Positions 10,081 to 20,000 of a DNA stretch of 64,000 nt are shown here, piece after piece. The translations under genes were made by a program, and so were the position numbers. The DNA lies in the IMG/VR virus record IMGVR_UViG_3300034126_000020, positions 192,001 through 256,000 of that record. The stretch is one strand, 5' to 3'. The notes below the pieces were generated by a model. It ran no database searches. It was not told the DNA's origin and saw nothing but the letters and a program-made list of their open reading frames with translations. This stretch comes from a virus. Its lineage: Duplodnaviria; Caudoviricetes. Numbering within the stretch: the stretch's first letter is position 1; every line of letters begins with the position of its first letter.

Positions 10081-10139
10081 TCGCTTGAATGGAATGGAAA
10101 CAAACAAAGAAAAAGCCACTAGGGCCTTTTCTTTTCGGG

Positions 10140-10466
10140 TCACGCCTTTGCAGTCCCTTGAGGACGCTCAGGGTGTTGGAACTTCGGGTCCAGCAGAGTA
10201 GGTTCTGCTGGAGTGGCTGGATCTGCTTCAGGAGCGGCCACAGGAGCCGCTACAGGAGTGATCAGGTCCGCCAGAGTAGCAGTGGGGGCTACGGCAGGTG
10301 CTGCCGCTTTAGCAGCCTTGTGGGCTGCATAGCGACGCTTGGCATAGATGCCGCCACCACCGAGGACCAGGACGCCGCCACCGATAGCGGCAGCAGCGAC
10401 TGGGTTCTCTTTGATAGCTTCAACAGCAGTGCCAGCGATTTCTTTCAGGGTGTCGAGGAAGGACAT
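10140..10466 (-). CDS. Small putative membrane protein (108 aa), Ala/Pro-rich tail
   Basis: GGAG RBS; hydrophobic AAAAIGGGVLVLGGGGIY followed by basic AKRRY. Confidence 0.7.
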   Translation of the reverse strand: MSFLDTLKEIAGTAVEAIKENPVAAAAIGGGVLVLGGGGIYAKRRYAAHKAAKAAAPAVAPTATLADLITPVAAPVAAPEADPATPAEPTLLDPKFQHPERPQGTAKA

Positions 10467-10533
10467 GGTGTATCTCCAGAATGAGGGTATTGCTAAATGA
10501 GGGATGGGTGTTACAGGTACGCGGGTATTTCAA

Positions 10534-10668
10534 TTAGCAGCGGGTGGCACCGCGCAGCTTGGTCTTCTGACGCTTGTCGTACGAATGACCGATGTAGCAG
10601 ATGACAGCCAGCACCGCAAGGGCACCAACGATAACTGCGACGTCGATCCATGGGTTAAAGCCTGTCAT
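10534..10668 (-). CDS. Small single-pass membrane protein (44 aa)
   Basis: Not in the track. Manual translation MTGFNPWIDVAVIVGALAVLAVICYIGHSYDKRQKTKLRGATRC; starts 1 nt after the upstream stop. Confidence 0.65.
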   Translation of the reverse strand: MTGFNPWIDVAVIVGALAVLAVICYIGHSYDKRQKTKLRGATRC

Positions 10669-10669
10669 C

Positions 10670-10831
10670 TTAGTTGTTCCCTTTGTCAGTGTTTTTAGTA
10701 GCTTCTTGTTCACGCAGTTTTGCCATCAGGATGGCGTTGTCTTCTTTCAAGCGCTTACGCTCGTTAGAAGCACCACGCAGCCAGAAGCCGATGGCAATAC
10801 CGGTACCAATGAGGATCGCTTCTTTAAACAT
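10670..10831 (-). CDS. Small single-pass membrane protein (53 aa)
   Basis: Not in the track. Manual translation MFKEAILIGTGIAIGFWLRGASNERKRLKEDNAILMAKLREQEATKNTDKGNN; GGAGA RBS. Confidence 0.7.
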   Translation of the reverse strand: MFKEAILIGTGIAIGFWLRGASNERKRLKEDNAILMAKLREQEATKNTDKGNN

Positions 10832-10858
10832 GATGTCTCTCCAAATGTGTAGGGGTTA

Positions 10859-11140
10859 TTAGGAAGCTCGATTGCCGGTGCGTTTCACACCGTCAGCAAT
10901 GAACTCCCGCTGGAACTGGACGTCATCATTCAAGCCGATGACTTGGATCTCGATCTTGGTCCCTTTGACCCAGGCCAAGATCTGGACGCATTCGAACTTA
11001 ACGTGATCTTCACGATAAGCCACACCGAATGCATCTTCCAATTCACGACGGACAAAGAAGTACTTGGCATCCTTGTCACTGCCGAAGTTCTCTTGGGCGT
11101 GCTTGATGGCGTCCAACAGCTCAACGATATCGTGTTGCAT
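10859..11140 (-). CDS. Hypothetical protein (93 aa)
   Basis: AGGAGG RBS; first gene downstream of the conserved motif at 11197. Confidence 0.75.
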   Translation of the reverse strand: MQHDIVELLDAIKHAQENFGSDKDAKYFFVRRELEDAFGVAYREDHVKFECVQILAWVKGTKIEIQVIGLNDDVQFQREFIADGVKRTGNRAS

Positions 11141-11196
11141 GTTTTGTCCTCCTAAGGACTGGGTAAGGGTGAGGATTAGTTCCTCTATTCACCGTA

Positions 11197-11217
11197 ATCA
11201 TGTATTGTTGAAATAAA
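11197..11217 (-). promoter_or_regulatory. Conserved promoter-like motif copy (TTTATTTCAACAATACATGAT)
   Basis: 19/21 identical to the copy at 35897-35917. Confidence 0.6.
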
Positions 11218-11237
11218 TTCGAATCACATTGAAACGG

Positions 11238-11270
11238 CATACAGGGCAGGCCTAAGGCCTGCCCTGTATG
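11238..11270. terminator. CATA...TATG-bounded hairpin
   Basis: CATACAGGGCAGGCC-TAA-GGCCTGCCCTGTATG, a perfect stem just after the 11276 stop. Confidence 0.75.
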
Positions 11271-11275
11271 TTCTA

Positions 11276-12523
11276 TCAGCTGCGGGAGTTCTTGCGTGCG
11301 TCTTTGGCCACACGCTCAGCCGCGAGGTTGATCTCACGGATGATGAAGTACAGCACGGTCACTGCGCCGTTCAGGCACTGCCAGCCGAGACGGGAGGTCT
11401 CGATGATAGCGCGTTGTACGCCCTGCGCATCGCCCGAACCCTGCACGTCTTTCTTCATGCGCACGGTCAGTGCTTTGTGCTCGGTCCACTTCTTCGGCGA
11501 GTTGGAACGCATTTGCTGGGTAGCGGTTGCAGCAGCCAGGAACTTGTCCAGCGCACCGGTCAGCTCTTCTACTTTGATGACCCGCTTACGAGAGCCCTCA
11601 ACCACCATCACGACGCCCGGATCGAAGATGAAGTCCACGAGGGTGCTCTTCGGCCAGCTCACGTTCAGGGAGCCGCCAGTGGACCAGTTCTTCAGGCCAT
11701 CAGGCGCGCCCTTGATGTCGAACTTCTTCACGTTCAGGCGACGGTTGCCCATGGTGAAGGTGTGGTCGAAGCGACGGTACACTTCGTCGATCTTCGGGTT
11801 GATGCCGTTGATCGCACTGATCGCCTTGTCAGCAGCGTCCTGGTCTTTCCAGTCAGCACGCATGGCAATGTCAGCCGCTTTCTTGGCGTCGTCAACCAGT
11901 TGGGTACCGAACTTGATCAGGTCGCCAATGATGCTGGCAGTTTCACCGGCAGCCTTTGGAATGTTGTCAGGAACGGAACCGTCAACACGGAAGGCGTAAA
12001 CCAGCGAACGACCGAACGCAGGAGTGATGGCCAGCTTGGCATGAGCCGAAGCGTAGTTCTTCAGGACAGAGACGTTGTCCTTCAGGTTTGGCACTTCACG
12101 GTTCAGCAAACCGATCTTGTCCCACAGGTCAGTCATGGAGTAGCTTTCCATGGCGACAGTGATCTGACCTTCCAGTGACGCGTTGATGCCACGGATCTGA
12201 GCAGCCAGTTCTTTGGCCTTAGGGCCCTGCTCAACGGACTCCAGAGACGCGGTGTTCACGGTGATGCCGTAACGGCCCATGACTGCCGAGACCAGTGCTG
12301 CTGCACTGTCCAGGGACTCCTGACTGACCAGAGTATCGCCATCAAGGACGACAGCGGTCTCTTCCAGGGTGTTCATGTCCTGCTCGAGTTCCAGACGGTC
12401 CTCGACGTAGCTGTCGGCCGACACTGGGTTCGACTCGTCGCGAAGCTGGTCCAGCAGCTCTTCGCTATTATCAGCACTTTCCTGCGACACTTTCAGCGCG
12501 GCAGTAAGAACGGAGTTTTTCAT
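11276..12523 (-). CDS. Internal head protein with acidic propeptide (prohead-protease substrate)
   Basis: Acidic N-terminal ~120 aa with repeated S/A-x-E motifs (VSQE twice, ASLE twice, AME), typical of phiKZ-like processed head proteins; upstream neighbours include the protease. Confidence 0.6.
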   Translation of the reverse strand: MKNSVLTAALKVSQESADNSEELLDQLRDESNPVSADSYVEDRLELEQDMNTLEETAVVLDGDTLVSQESLDSAAALVSAVMGRYGITVNTASLESVEQGPKAKELAAQIRGINASLEGQITVAMESYSMTDLWDKIGLLNREVPNLKDNVSVLKNYASAHAKLAITPAFGRSLVYAFRVDGSVPDNIPKAAGETASIIGDLIKFGTQLVDDAKKAADIAMRADWKDQDAADKAISAINGINPKIDEVYRRFDHTFTMGNRRLNVKKFDIKGAPDGLKNWSTGGSLNVSWPKSTLVDFIFDPGVVMVVEGSRKRVIKVEELTGALDKFLAAATATQQMRSNSPKKWTEHKALTVRMKKDVQGSGDAQGVQRAIIETSRLGWQCLNGAVTVLYFIIREINLAAERVAKDARKNSRS

Positions 12524-12532
12524 GACCTTTCC

Positions 12533-13825
12533 TTACTTGGATTTTTTGAGGACTTCGTTGGAGATGATGGTGATATTGCGATACACGTAGGACGCATGGT
12601 CCTCCATCATGGTGGCGATGGCCTTGCCCAGGAACATGTACTGCGAAACGCTGCGGCGAGCCGAGCGGTACAGGGCACGAAGAGTCCTCAAACGAACGAT
12701 GTTGTCGCCCATCTGCTTCTCGTCGTTGACAAAGCGATAGGAGTCGTCCATGTCGCCAGTCAGTCGAACAATTCGCTCAGACATCGTTGCAGCCATCTGA
12801 GCAAACTTCACGGTCTGGTTGTTCAGGTTGATAGCCTTGTCGACTACCGACATGAAACCACTCACGTCCGTCTCACCACCGGTGGACTTGACCTGAGCCA
12901 GTACTTGACGCTTGGCAGCGACATCGTTCATGCCTGCCACGCCGGTGACTGCCTTGAGAGGCCCACCGATACTGAAGCCGTGGATCTGTTTCTTGGCGAG
13001 TTTGGTCTTGAGACCGTTCTCGTCCGAGTCCTTGGTGGTGAACTTCCAAGGGTTGCCATCTTTCTTGAACTGCGGGAAGCCCCGTTTGTCCAAGAACACC
13101 GTACGGTTACCCAGCAAGTGATACGCCGTCAGGTCTTCGAACTCAGTGCGGTCAATCAGGTGCTCGTCGAAGTAATCGACCGCAGCCCGAATGGCAGCAT
13201 CATCGTCCTCGTTGCACGCTTCACGGAAACGCTTGGCCAGGTCTGTCGAGATGTCGAACAGTTTCTGGTAGTGCTTCATGGCCGTGTCGATGAACTTGAG
13301 GTCTTCGTCGATCGAACCCACCAACTTGACGGGTTTGTTGTCCCGAGTCAAGAAGGCATAAGAAGCAGCCGAATCAAGCAGTACAGGGCTGGCACTGATC
13401 GAGGCTTTGTTCTGGCTGATCTTGGACTTGATGTCAATCAAATCCTTACCGAAGGTCTTCAGGGTCAACGTCATGGAACCGAAGGTGCGTTTGAGTTGCT
13501 GCACCAGATCAGATTCCATGGAAGGACTGTTCAGCATTTCCATGGTGGCACGGATCTCATCGACCAATGCATCACCCGTCATCGCACGACCACGAATTAC
13601 GTCGTGGTGATCGGCACGCCAATCCAGGTAGGACTGCTCGGCATCCAAGACATCCACCACCGAACCGTCTGCCATGGTGAGCCGCTCGACACATTGCTCG
13701 AGGACCATGCGACTGTCAGCAATGTCTGCCATGTCGGAAATAACCGAAAGCGCAGGAGCCAGAGATGCCTCTGACTCCATTCGCTCAACAGCCCCCACCA
13801 ACGCTTCGTTGATGGTGTCTTGCAT
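12533..13825 (-). CDS. Internal head protein with propeptide (prohead-protease substrate)
   Basis: Acidic N-terminus ending in PSMES; directly downstream of the protease gene. Confidence 0.55.
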   Translation of the reverse strand: MQDTINEALVGAVERMESEASLAPALSVISDMADIADSRMVLEQCVERLTMADGSVVDVLDAEQSYLDWRADHHDVIRGRAMTGDALVDEIRATMEMLNSPSMESDLVQQLKRTFGSMTLTLKTFGKDLIDIKSKISQNKASISASPVLLDSAASYAFLTRDNKPVKLVGSIDEDLKFIDTAMKHYQKLFDISTDLAKRFREACNEDDDAAIRAAVDYFDEHLIDRTEFEDLTAYHLLGNRTVFLDKRGFPQFKKDGNPWKFTTKDSDENGLKTKLAKKQIHGFSIGGPLKAVTGVAGMNDVAAKRQVLAQVKSTGGETDVSGFMSVVDKAINLNNQTVKFAQMAATMSERIVRLTGDMDDSYRFVNDEKQMGDNIVRLRTLRALYRSARRSVSQYMFLGKAIATMMEDHASYVYRNITIISNEVLKKSK

Positions 13826-14623
13826 TTACCACCTCCAGGCGCTAGGAACGTAAACCCGGATTGGGCGTTCGATCTCAGCAATGAGGGACATCATGTTGTT
13901 GCCGGATTCAAAGCCCACGCCTGCACCTACGCCGACTGGATTGGCCAGTGCTTCTTTACGCAGTGCATCAGCGTAGAAGACGGTTTCCAGTTCTGCTTCT
14001 GGCATGTGGATCAGACCACCTGCTTCAGGAGCCGATTCCAGCGAAGGAGTCGCGTACTTCGAAGAGTTACGAATGCCCGGTTCGTTCACGGTGTCCCAGG
14101 TTACGATCTTCTTCAAGAACTTGGTCTTGACGCCACCGACGATCTTGTCTTCGGTGAAGGACCGGATGGAGAAGCAGACGTTCTCGTCACGGTTCTCCAG
14201 TTGACGGTCAAACCAGGCACTCTCTTTACCCGATGCACGAACTTCGCCGAGCACCATGGTGATAGCGCGGCCACGTTCGTCCTTGGCAGGATCGAGCATC
14301 AGGCGGCGCATGTGGAAGCAGACGTTCGGTTCGAAGATGTCGTTCACACGACCAAACCAAGCGAGCTGGTTCATGCCAGTCTGGAAGCGCGGGTGACCGC
14401 ACTCGCCACGCAGGGCATTGTTCTGGTTGATCATCCGCATCAGGCCGGCAGAGCCTTCCATCAGTTGACGACCTTCACGCTCATTGTAGAGCCAGCCAGC
14501 TTCGTTGAATGCACCAAGTGCACCCAGACGAACTTCGTAGTAACCGTTGTCGAGCTTCTTCAGGTCCCCAACCTTATTGATGCCCTTCAACACGTTACAC
14601 TGATAAATGATTCTTTGGTCCAT
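13826..14623 (-). CDS. Prohead (head maturation) serine protease, phiKZ gp175-like
   Basis: GECGHP (catalytic His), FSIRS (catalytic Ser), WDTVNEPG, and a C-terminal SLE autocleavage-type site. Confidence 0.9.
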   Translation of the reverse strand: MDQRIIYQCNVLKGINKVGDLKKLDNGYYEVRLGALGAFNEAGWLYNEREGRQLMEGSAGLMRMINQNNALRGECGHPRFQTGMNQLAWFGRVNDIFEPNVCFHMRRLMLDPAKDERGRAITMVLGEVRASGKESAWFDRQLENRDENVCFSIRSFTEDKIVGGVKTKFLKKIVTWDTVNEPGIRNSSKYATPSLESAPEAGGLIHMPEAELETVFYADALRKEALANPVGVGAGVGFESGNNMMSLIAEIERPIRVYVPSAWRW

Positions 14624-14633
14624 GGTGCAGTCC

Positions 14634-15365
14634 TTACGTTCGGAGTACCATCTCGGTCCGCTCTACGCGATCGCCAGGGTTGACAATAGCGGAGGTCATG
14701 CCTTCGTCGAAGCGGGAACCACTCAACTTTGCGATGGTATTAGTCGCACCGTAACTCACGTTACGAAGCGGGATGATGGTCGGCGGTGTATACCGGATGT
14801 CTTCGTAGGTCTCCACCGTTTGACGATAGTAACGACGCAAGTCGACTGTATCGCGGCAGATGACGCTGGCAATGATTTCCATCACCGTCGGGGTCTTACC
14901 TACCCGAACGCCCGCATGTTTCAGCGAGGTTTGGAAGATCCCACCGATCTCAGGGTAAAGGACGTACCAAGGCACGCGACCCTTTGCAATGATCTCGTCG
15001 TAAATCCGATAAAGCAGGTTGTCGATCATCACCAGTTCATCACTACAGATCACCCGATCTCCGGGTTCAAAGTGCATCTCGATGTATTCGACATCGTCGA
15101 TGACGGCAGTGTTGACCAGCGAAGGTTCACTACGGATGGGAGCACAGATACGGGACGCCATGTAATACTGGTCGTCCAACACTACGGCACAGATGCCAAC
15201 GAACGTGATTTCATCTTCGAACGTGGCCAAATCGCGCTGAGGGAACCGAGAGGGAATGTACACCTTCAACGGCTTTAGTGCCACCATAGAACCTTCGGCG
15301 GTTTTCTCCCAGGCTTTGTGGACACGGGCTGCGTCTCGGGTGAACTTACTCGATTTGATACTCAT
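14634..15365 (-). CDS. Probable virion RNA polymerase beta' C-terminal fragment (phiKZ gp176-like)
   Basis: C-terminus LRNVSYGATNTIAKLSGSRFDEGMTSAIV..GDRVERTE resembles the beta' C-terminal LGITKASL...SFQET...AA..GK.D.L block; located between the protease and vRNAP beta genes. Confidence 0.6.
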   Translation of the reverse strand: MSIKSSKFTRDAARVHKAWEKTAEGSMVALKPLKVYIPSRFPQRDLATFEDEITFVGICAVVLDDQYYMASRICAPIRSEPSLVNTAVIDDVEYIEMHFEPGDRVICSDELVMIDNLLYRIYDEIIAKGRVPWYVLYPEIGGIFQTSLKHAGVRVGKTPTVMEIIASVICRDTVDLRRYYRQTVETYEDIRYTPPTIIPLRNVSYGATNTIAKLSGSRFDEGMTSAIVNPGDRVERTEMVLRT

Positions 15366-15416
15366 AGCGAACTCTCGATGATAGCTGGAGGGTCACCCCT
15401 CCAGCAGATGTGGGTG

Positions 15417-16769
15417 TTAAGCCTGGGCCAAGCCGAGTTGACGGCACAGCCAGAAGTTCACGTACTTGATGGTCGCCATCAGCGCCACTTCGCGTGGATC
15501 GGTGTCTGCGGCCAACGTGCTGCCAACGCGGTTCATCAGACGAATGAACGTCAGTGCGTCAGTGCGCGGGTAGAACACTTCACACACGATCTCGGTGACC
15601 AGAGTGTTCAGGTCATCGCAGTTGGACGAATTGACTTTACCAGTCAGCTCTACCAAGCGCTTGTTGGCATCGACGGCTTCGTCGCCCATGTCACGTGCAG
15701 CCAGTTCAGTACCGATCACACCGCGCAGTGCATCACGAACGATACCGGCCATCGAGGTTTGCACCTTAACGGCTTGCAGGTTCATTTCGCGGTTGTAGAT
15801 GGTTTCGAGAATGGTTTTGTTCTCGATCAACTGACCTTGGGTGAAACGACGGCTGGCCATTTCGTTGCCGATCAGGGCTTCAGGAGTCAGGCCCTTTTCC
15901 AGCAGCGCACGGTAGGTCTTGCCCATGACCACGATCTGGGTCAGGGATTCACGACCATCGGTGCTGTACAGAATACCGAGCTTTTCTTGCTCAGCATAAC
16001 GCATCATCGCACCGCGCAGCAGTTGAGCGCACTTGCCCAGCAGGCGGTTGACGTTGTCGTTGTACTCGACCAAGGTCAGGTTCACACCCGGCTCTGGTTC
16101 GTCGTAGATCGACTGCGCAGCGACCAGGACACCCGGGAGGTAATCTTGGTTGACAGCTTGCACACCAACGCGACCTTGCAGCACGTCCATGACGGCGGCG
16201 TAGCCTTCGTTGTTCTTCAGGCTGAGGGACAGGTCCAGTTCAGCATCGAAACCAGCCATGCCGGTCTTGACGAGTTCCTTGACGCGATCCAGCGTGACCG
16301 GAGCCAGGTTGCGGACCACGTAGTCCATCTGCGACGGCGTTGGGTAACGCTCAGCCAGTTGGCGCAGGGCAGGGTTGCTGTACACCGCAGGGATTTCACG
16401 CATCACCACGGAATAAGGCAGCGAAGCCTCGAGGCGACGGACATTGACGTATTCCTGCACCTTGCCAGCCAGCTCTTTAATAGCAGGCAGGACTTGGTTG
16501 CGGGAGATGTCATGCAGACGAGAAACCGATGCAGACGCCAGACGGATGATGTCGGCCTTGGCAATGCGGTGAGCGTCATCGCCAGCGCGCGATTGCAGGA
16601 CGCTGATGATGTCAGTGTTTTCGACCAGCGAGCGATCCACCAGAGTGTTGTCAACCGCGAGGGTCAACGACATCAGCGGGCTGTTCTGGCTCGGCAGGAT
16701 ACGAAGGCCGCGTTCATCCAGACGCTGAGCGACTGGGAATGCTGCCTCGATGGCGATACGGTTAAGCAT
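15417..16769 (-). CDS. Virion/head structural protein (phiKZ gp177-like)
   Basis: Start MLNRIAIEAA with GAGG RBS; conserved position between vRNAP beta and the protease. Confidence 0.6.
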   Translation of the reverse strand: MLNRIAIEAAFPVAQRLDERGLRILPSQNSPLMSLTLAVDNTLVDRSLVENTDIISVLQSRAGDDAHRIAKADIIRLASASVSRLHDISRNQVLPAIKELAGKVQEYVNVRRLEASLPYSVVMREIPAVYSNPALRQLAERYPTPSQMDYVVRNLAPVTLDRVKELVKTGMAGFDAELDLSLSLKNNEGYAAVMDVLQGRVGVQAVNQDYLPGVLVAAQSIYDEPEPGVNLTLVEYNDNVNRLLGKCAQLLRGAMMRYAEQEKLGILYSTDGRESLTQIVVMGKTYRALLEKGLTPEALIGNEMASRRFTQGQLIENKTILETIYNREMNLQAVKVQTSMAGIVRDALRGVIGTELAARDMGDEAVDANKRLVELTGKVNSSNCDDLNTLVTEIVCEVFYPRTDALTFIRLMNRVGSTLAADTDPREVALMATIKYVNFWLCRQLGLAQA

Positions 16770-16953
16770 TATCGCGACCCTCGATGACGTTGTTGATGTC
16801 CGCAGCCGCGATGGCGGCAATGGTACGGTCGTTCAACGGGGCACCGTCCATGTAACTGGAGATCTGGTTCCCTGCGACGTTCGCCACGATCTCAACGGAG
16901 AGGTCAATGGCATTCGCGACGAGCGCGAGGTTGTCAAAAGTAGTGGTGCTCAT
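16762..16953 (-). CDS. Small hypothetical protein (63 aa)
   Basis: AGGA RBS; stop overlaps the start of the next gene. Confidence 0.6.
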   Translation of the reverse strand: MSTTTFDNLALVANAIDLSVEIVANVAGNQISSYMDGAPLNDRTIAAIAAADINNVIEGRDNA

Positions 16954-16993
16954 GAGCAAGTTCCTGTGAAATTTCGAGGCGCTGTAAAGGAAG

Positions 16994-17021
16994 GTCCGGG
17001 AGCCTCAATGGACTCCCGGAC
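16994..17021 (-). terminator. Hairpin after the vRNAP beta gene
   Basis: GTCCGGGAG...CTCCCGGAC inverted repeat next to the 17027 stop. Confidence 0.5.
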
Positions 17022-17026
17022 TTCGA

Positions 17027-20000
17027 CTACTTGGTATCGTTGCTCATCCACATCTCTGCTGCCTTCTCGCCGATGGCGCGTTGGACAGAGATAGACATGC
17101 CGATCAGCAGGGCCGAACTTACGATACGGTCCATGACCGACTTAGCGCCGAAGACGGCATTGATCCGTGAACCGGATTTGGTTTCGTTGACACCGCTCAA
17201 GCGATGACCAACTACTGTCTTCATCTGGTTGCAGAACACTGCCTTGTCGCCGACACCCATGCCTTCACGGTGAGTGATGTAGACTTTGATTGCAACGTGA
17301 TCGAGTTCCAGACCGTTCCCGTCAATGCGAAGGGATTGGTCGACCTGACCTGTGACAACCGGTTTGCCGAGACGTTTGGACACCTTACGACGTTGTTTGT
17401 CGTGGGCAGTGACCAGCTCCAGTAGCGAGTCCGACATGTCGTCCGGGTCACCATGGTAGAACACCTCGATCTTCGAGACTTCGCCAACAGCACCTGCAAG
17501 AGGTGCAGCCGAGCCCATCTTGCGAAGGGTTTCAAGGTCTTCGTCCGAGAACAGTCCAGCTTCCGCCGTTACAGCATCTTCAATCGTGCATAGAATACTC
17601 GAGATGTCCGTGTGGTCGCCCTGTTTAACCAGGTTACGGATGTGCTGCCCGAATTGCACGACGATGGTCTTGACCTTTGTTACTTCCGACCCAAGCTGCC
17701 CGGCCAACCAATCATCGATTGCCGAGGAGTCTTCCAGTGTGTAGCCTGCTTCCATCAGAGCCGTACGTGCGATTACCCCAGCCTTCCACTGCACTTGACG
17801 TGGTTCGAACCGGCTCGGCTTAAAGAAGCCCGAGTTGAATTTCAAGATGTCGCCTGGCTTGACTTTGTCACCCAACTGGAAGGTGGTGTCTTGCTTCTGC
17901 GGGTAGACCGAACCGGCGGAGATGCCGTACTGGGTGGTCAGGTCCAGATGCTCGAAGGTACCGTCATCGTACGCCACGACCATGTGAGTGTCGGTGCGTT
18001 CAATCACTTCACCCGACTTGGTAGCCGGGACAGCAAAGATCTCATCAACACGGTGGGCCAACACGTGGTCATAGCCGGTGGAGATTGGAGACTCACGATA
18101 ACCGTCCGAAGAGATTACGTGCGATTGCTGGATACCAATGAAGTTCACCCGCTTCGGGTCGTCTCGGTCAGCGAATGGACTGATCAGGGCGGAGGTCGAG
18201 ACGATGTTAGCTGCCCCATCCGTTTCCTTATCGTAAGCCCGCACCGTACCGCGCACACTGGTGATGTTCGCGTTAGGAGACATGTAGGTAATAACCGCCA
18301 CGTCGCCGGAGTCTACGGTACTTTCCGAGATGAAGCCAATGTCGGATTCCTTGTACAGACGCGCCTCAGCAGTCATCGACCGGCTACTGCGGCCACCACG
18401 GCCACCGTAAGTGATGATCTCTTTCTGCTTGAGGTTTTGGATCGGGTTGATGTCATCGACAATGGCCGAAGCCGGGTCTTGTACGATGTTAGTCCAGACC
18501 TCGTGCGGCTTCATGGTCACTTGCGACGTAGCACCAGCACCACGCGAGTTGTAGACCCGGATGGACCGGACCAGCTCTGCGTAGATAGCGCCTGGGATAC
18601 GCTCGTAACCTTTCGCACGTTCTTGACCATCAACCAACCCATCAGCCCCTTCAACCTTCGTTGGGACGTAACGGGTGACCAGCATTTCTACAGCCCGAGT
18701 CAACAGCGGAATGAACTCGGTCGGTTCCTTCATCCACTCAAGGACGCCTTTGGTGATCGGGTCGACCCACATGGCATTCATGAGGTCCAGTTCACGCAAG
18801 TAGCGCAAGCCGATGCCGTTGGCTTCCAGAATGTTGAAGTACACATCCTTGTCGTTGAAGCTGTGACGGGAGAACTGACGGACGGACTTGTGGTAATGGA
18901 GGAAGCCAGCAAAGATCATGCTGTTCTTCACATCACTCTTTTCCATGACCAGCGTTTCATCGAGGAACTTGATGGCGTACTCATCGTCCGACATCTGTAC
19001 ACGGGTACCCAACGGCACTGCCCGGTAACGAGCCCCTGTCAGCTCCAGCAGGCCTTTCAGACCGAGCAGGTACGCCAGAGCGATACCGACCGGCATGACC
19101 TTACCGAAGATGCTGATCTCAGCCATGGAGACCGGTGACTTGTCCTTGTTCAAACCAAGGATGTCTTCGATCTGACCCAGTTCGCTGACCTGGTTGTTCT
19201 TGCTGTCGACCAAGTAGAACGCGCTTTCACGGTCCACCATGATGTAACGCTGGCCACGACGACCAACCACCACCATACCCTTGTGTTCTGCTTCAAGGGT
19301 CTCGACCAACTTCATGTCGAACAGGCGGCTACGCTCACGGTTCTTGTAGTCGAACCAGTAATGACCGTTCGCCTCAAAGCTCATCACCCGGCTACCGATC
19401 ACGGTGTACGCAGTCGGCAGGTCCAGCGAGTAGTCTGCCACGTTGGCAATCTTCACGTTGGTGATGGTGGTGTCACCTGGGTCCATGCCTTTAGCGATGA
19501 TCTGCTTGGCAATCCAGTTGTCGTAGTTGAACACAGCACGTTGCGAACGCTCAACGAAGAGCTTGCTGTAGTACGACGTCAGGGCGACACGAATGGCGTT
19601 GACCTTGCGGATCGGTACATCGGACTTCTGAGTCCGCAGGCGATACTTCTGGCCGTTGGAGGTGTACGAACCACGCTTGTCGACCACTGGCACCCGGAAG
19701 GAGATAGTGGACGGCTTGCCGGTGACCGGAGTCAACTGGACCTTGTGGATCTCGTAGTGACTGACCGCATCTTGCACGGTCTCGATCTCGTACCCAGTTA
19801 CAGCCACACCCGCTTTCTGCACGGACATAACGGCGTTCAGGATGTCGGACTTCATCACCTTTTCGATGTACTGACTGTCCATCTTCTCGACGGTCGACTG
19901 TAGCATCGATTTGTCACGCACCGATTCCATTTCTGGATACGGCTCAGATTCCTGAAGAACAAGGTCTTCCTGCTTGATGTCCAAGGACGTCTCAACAGTC

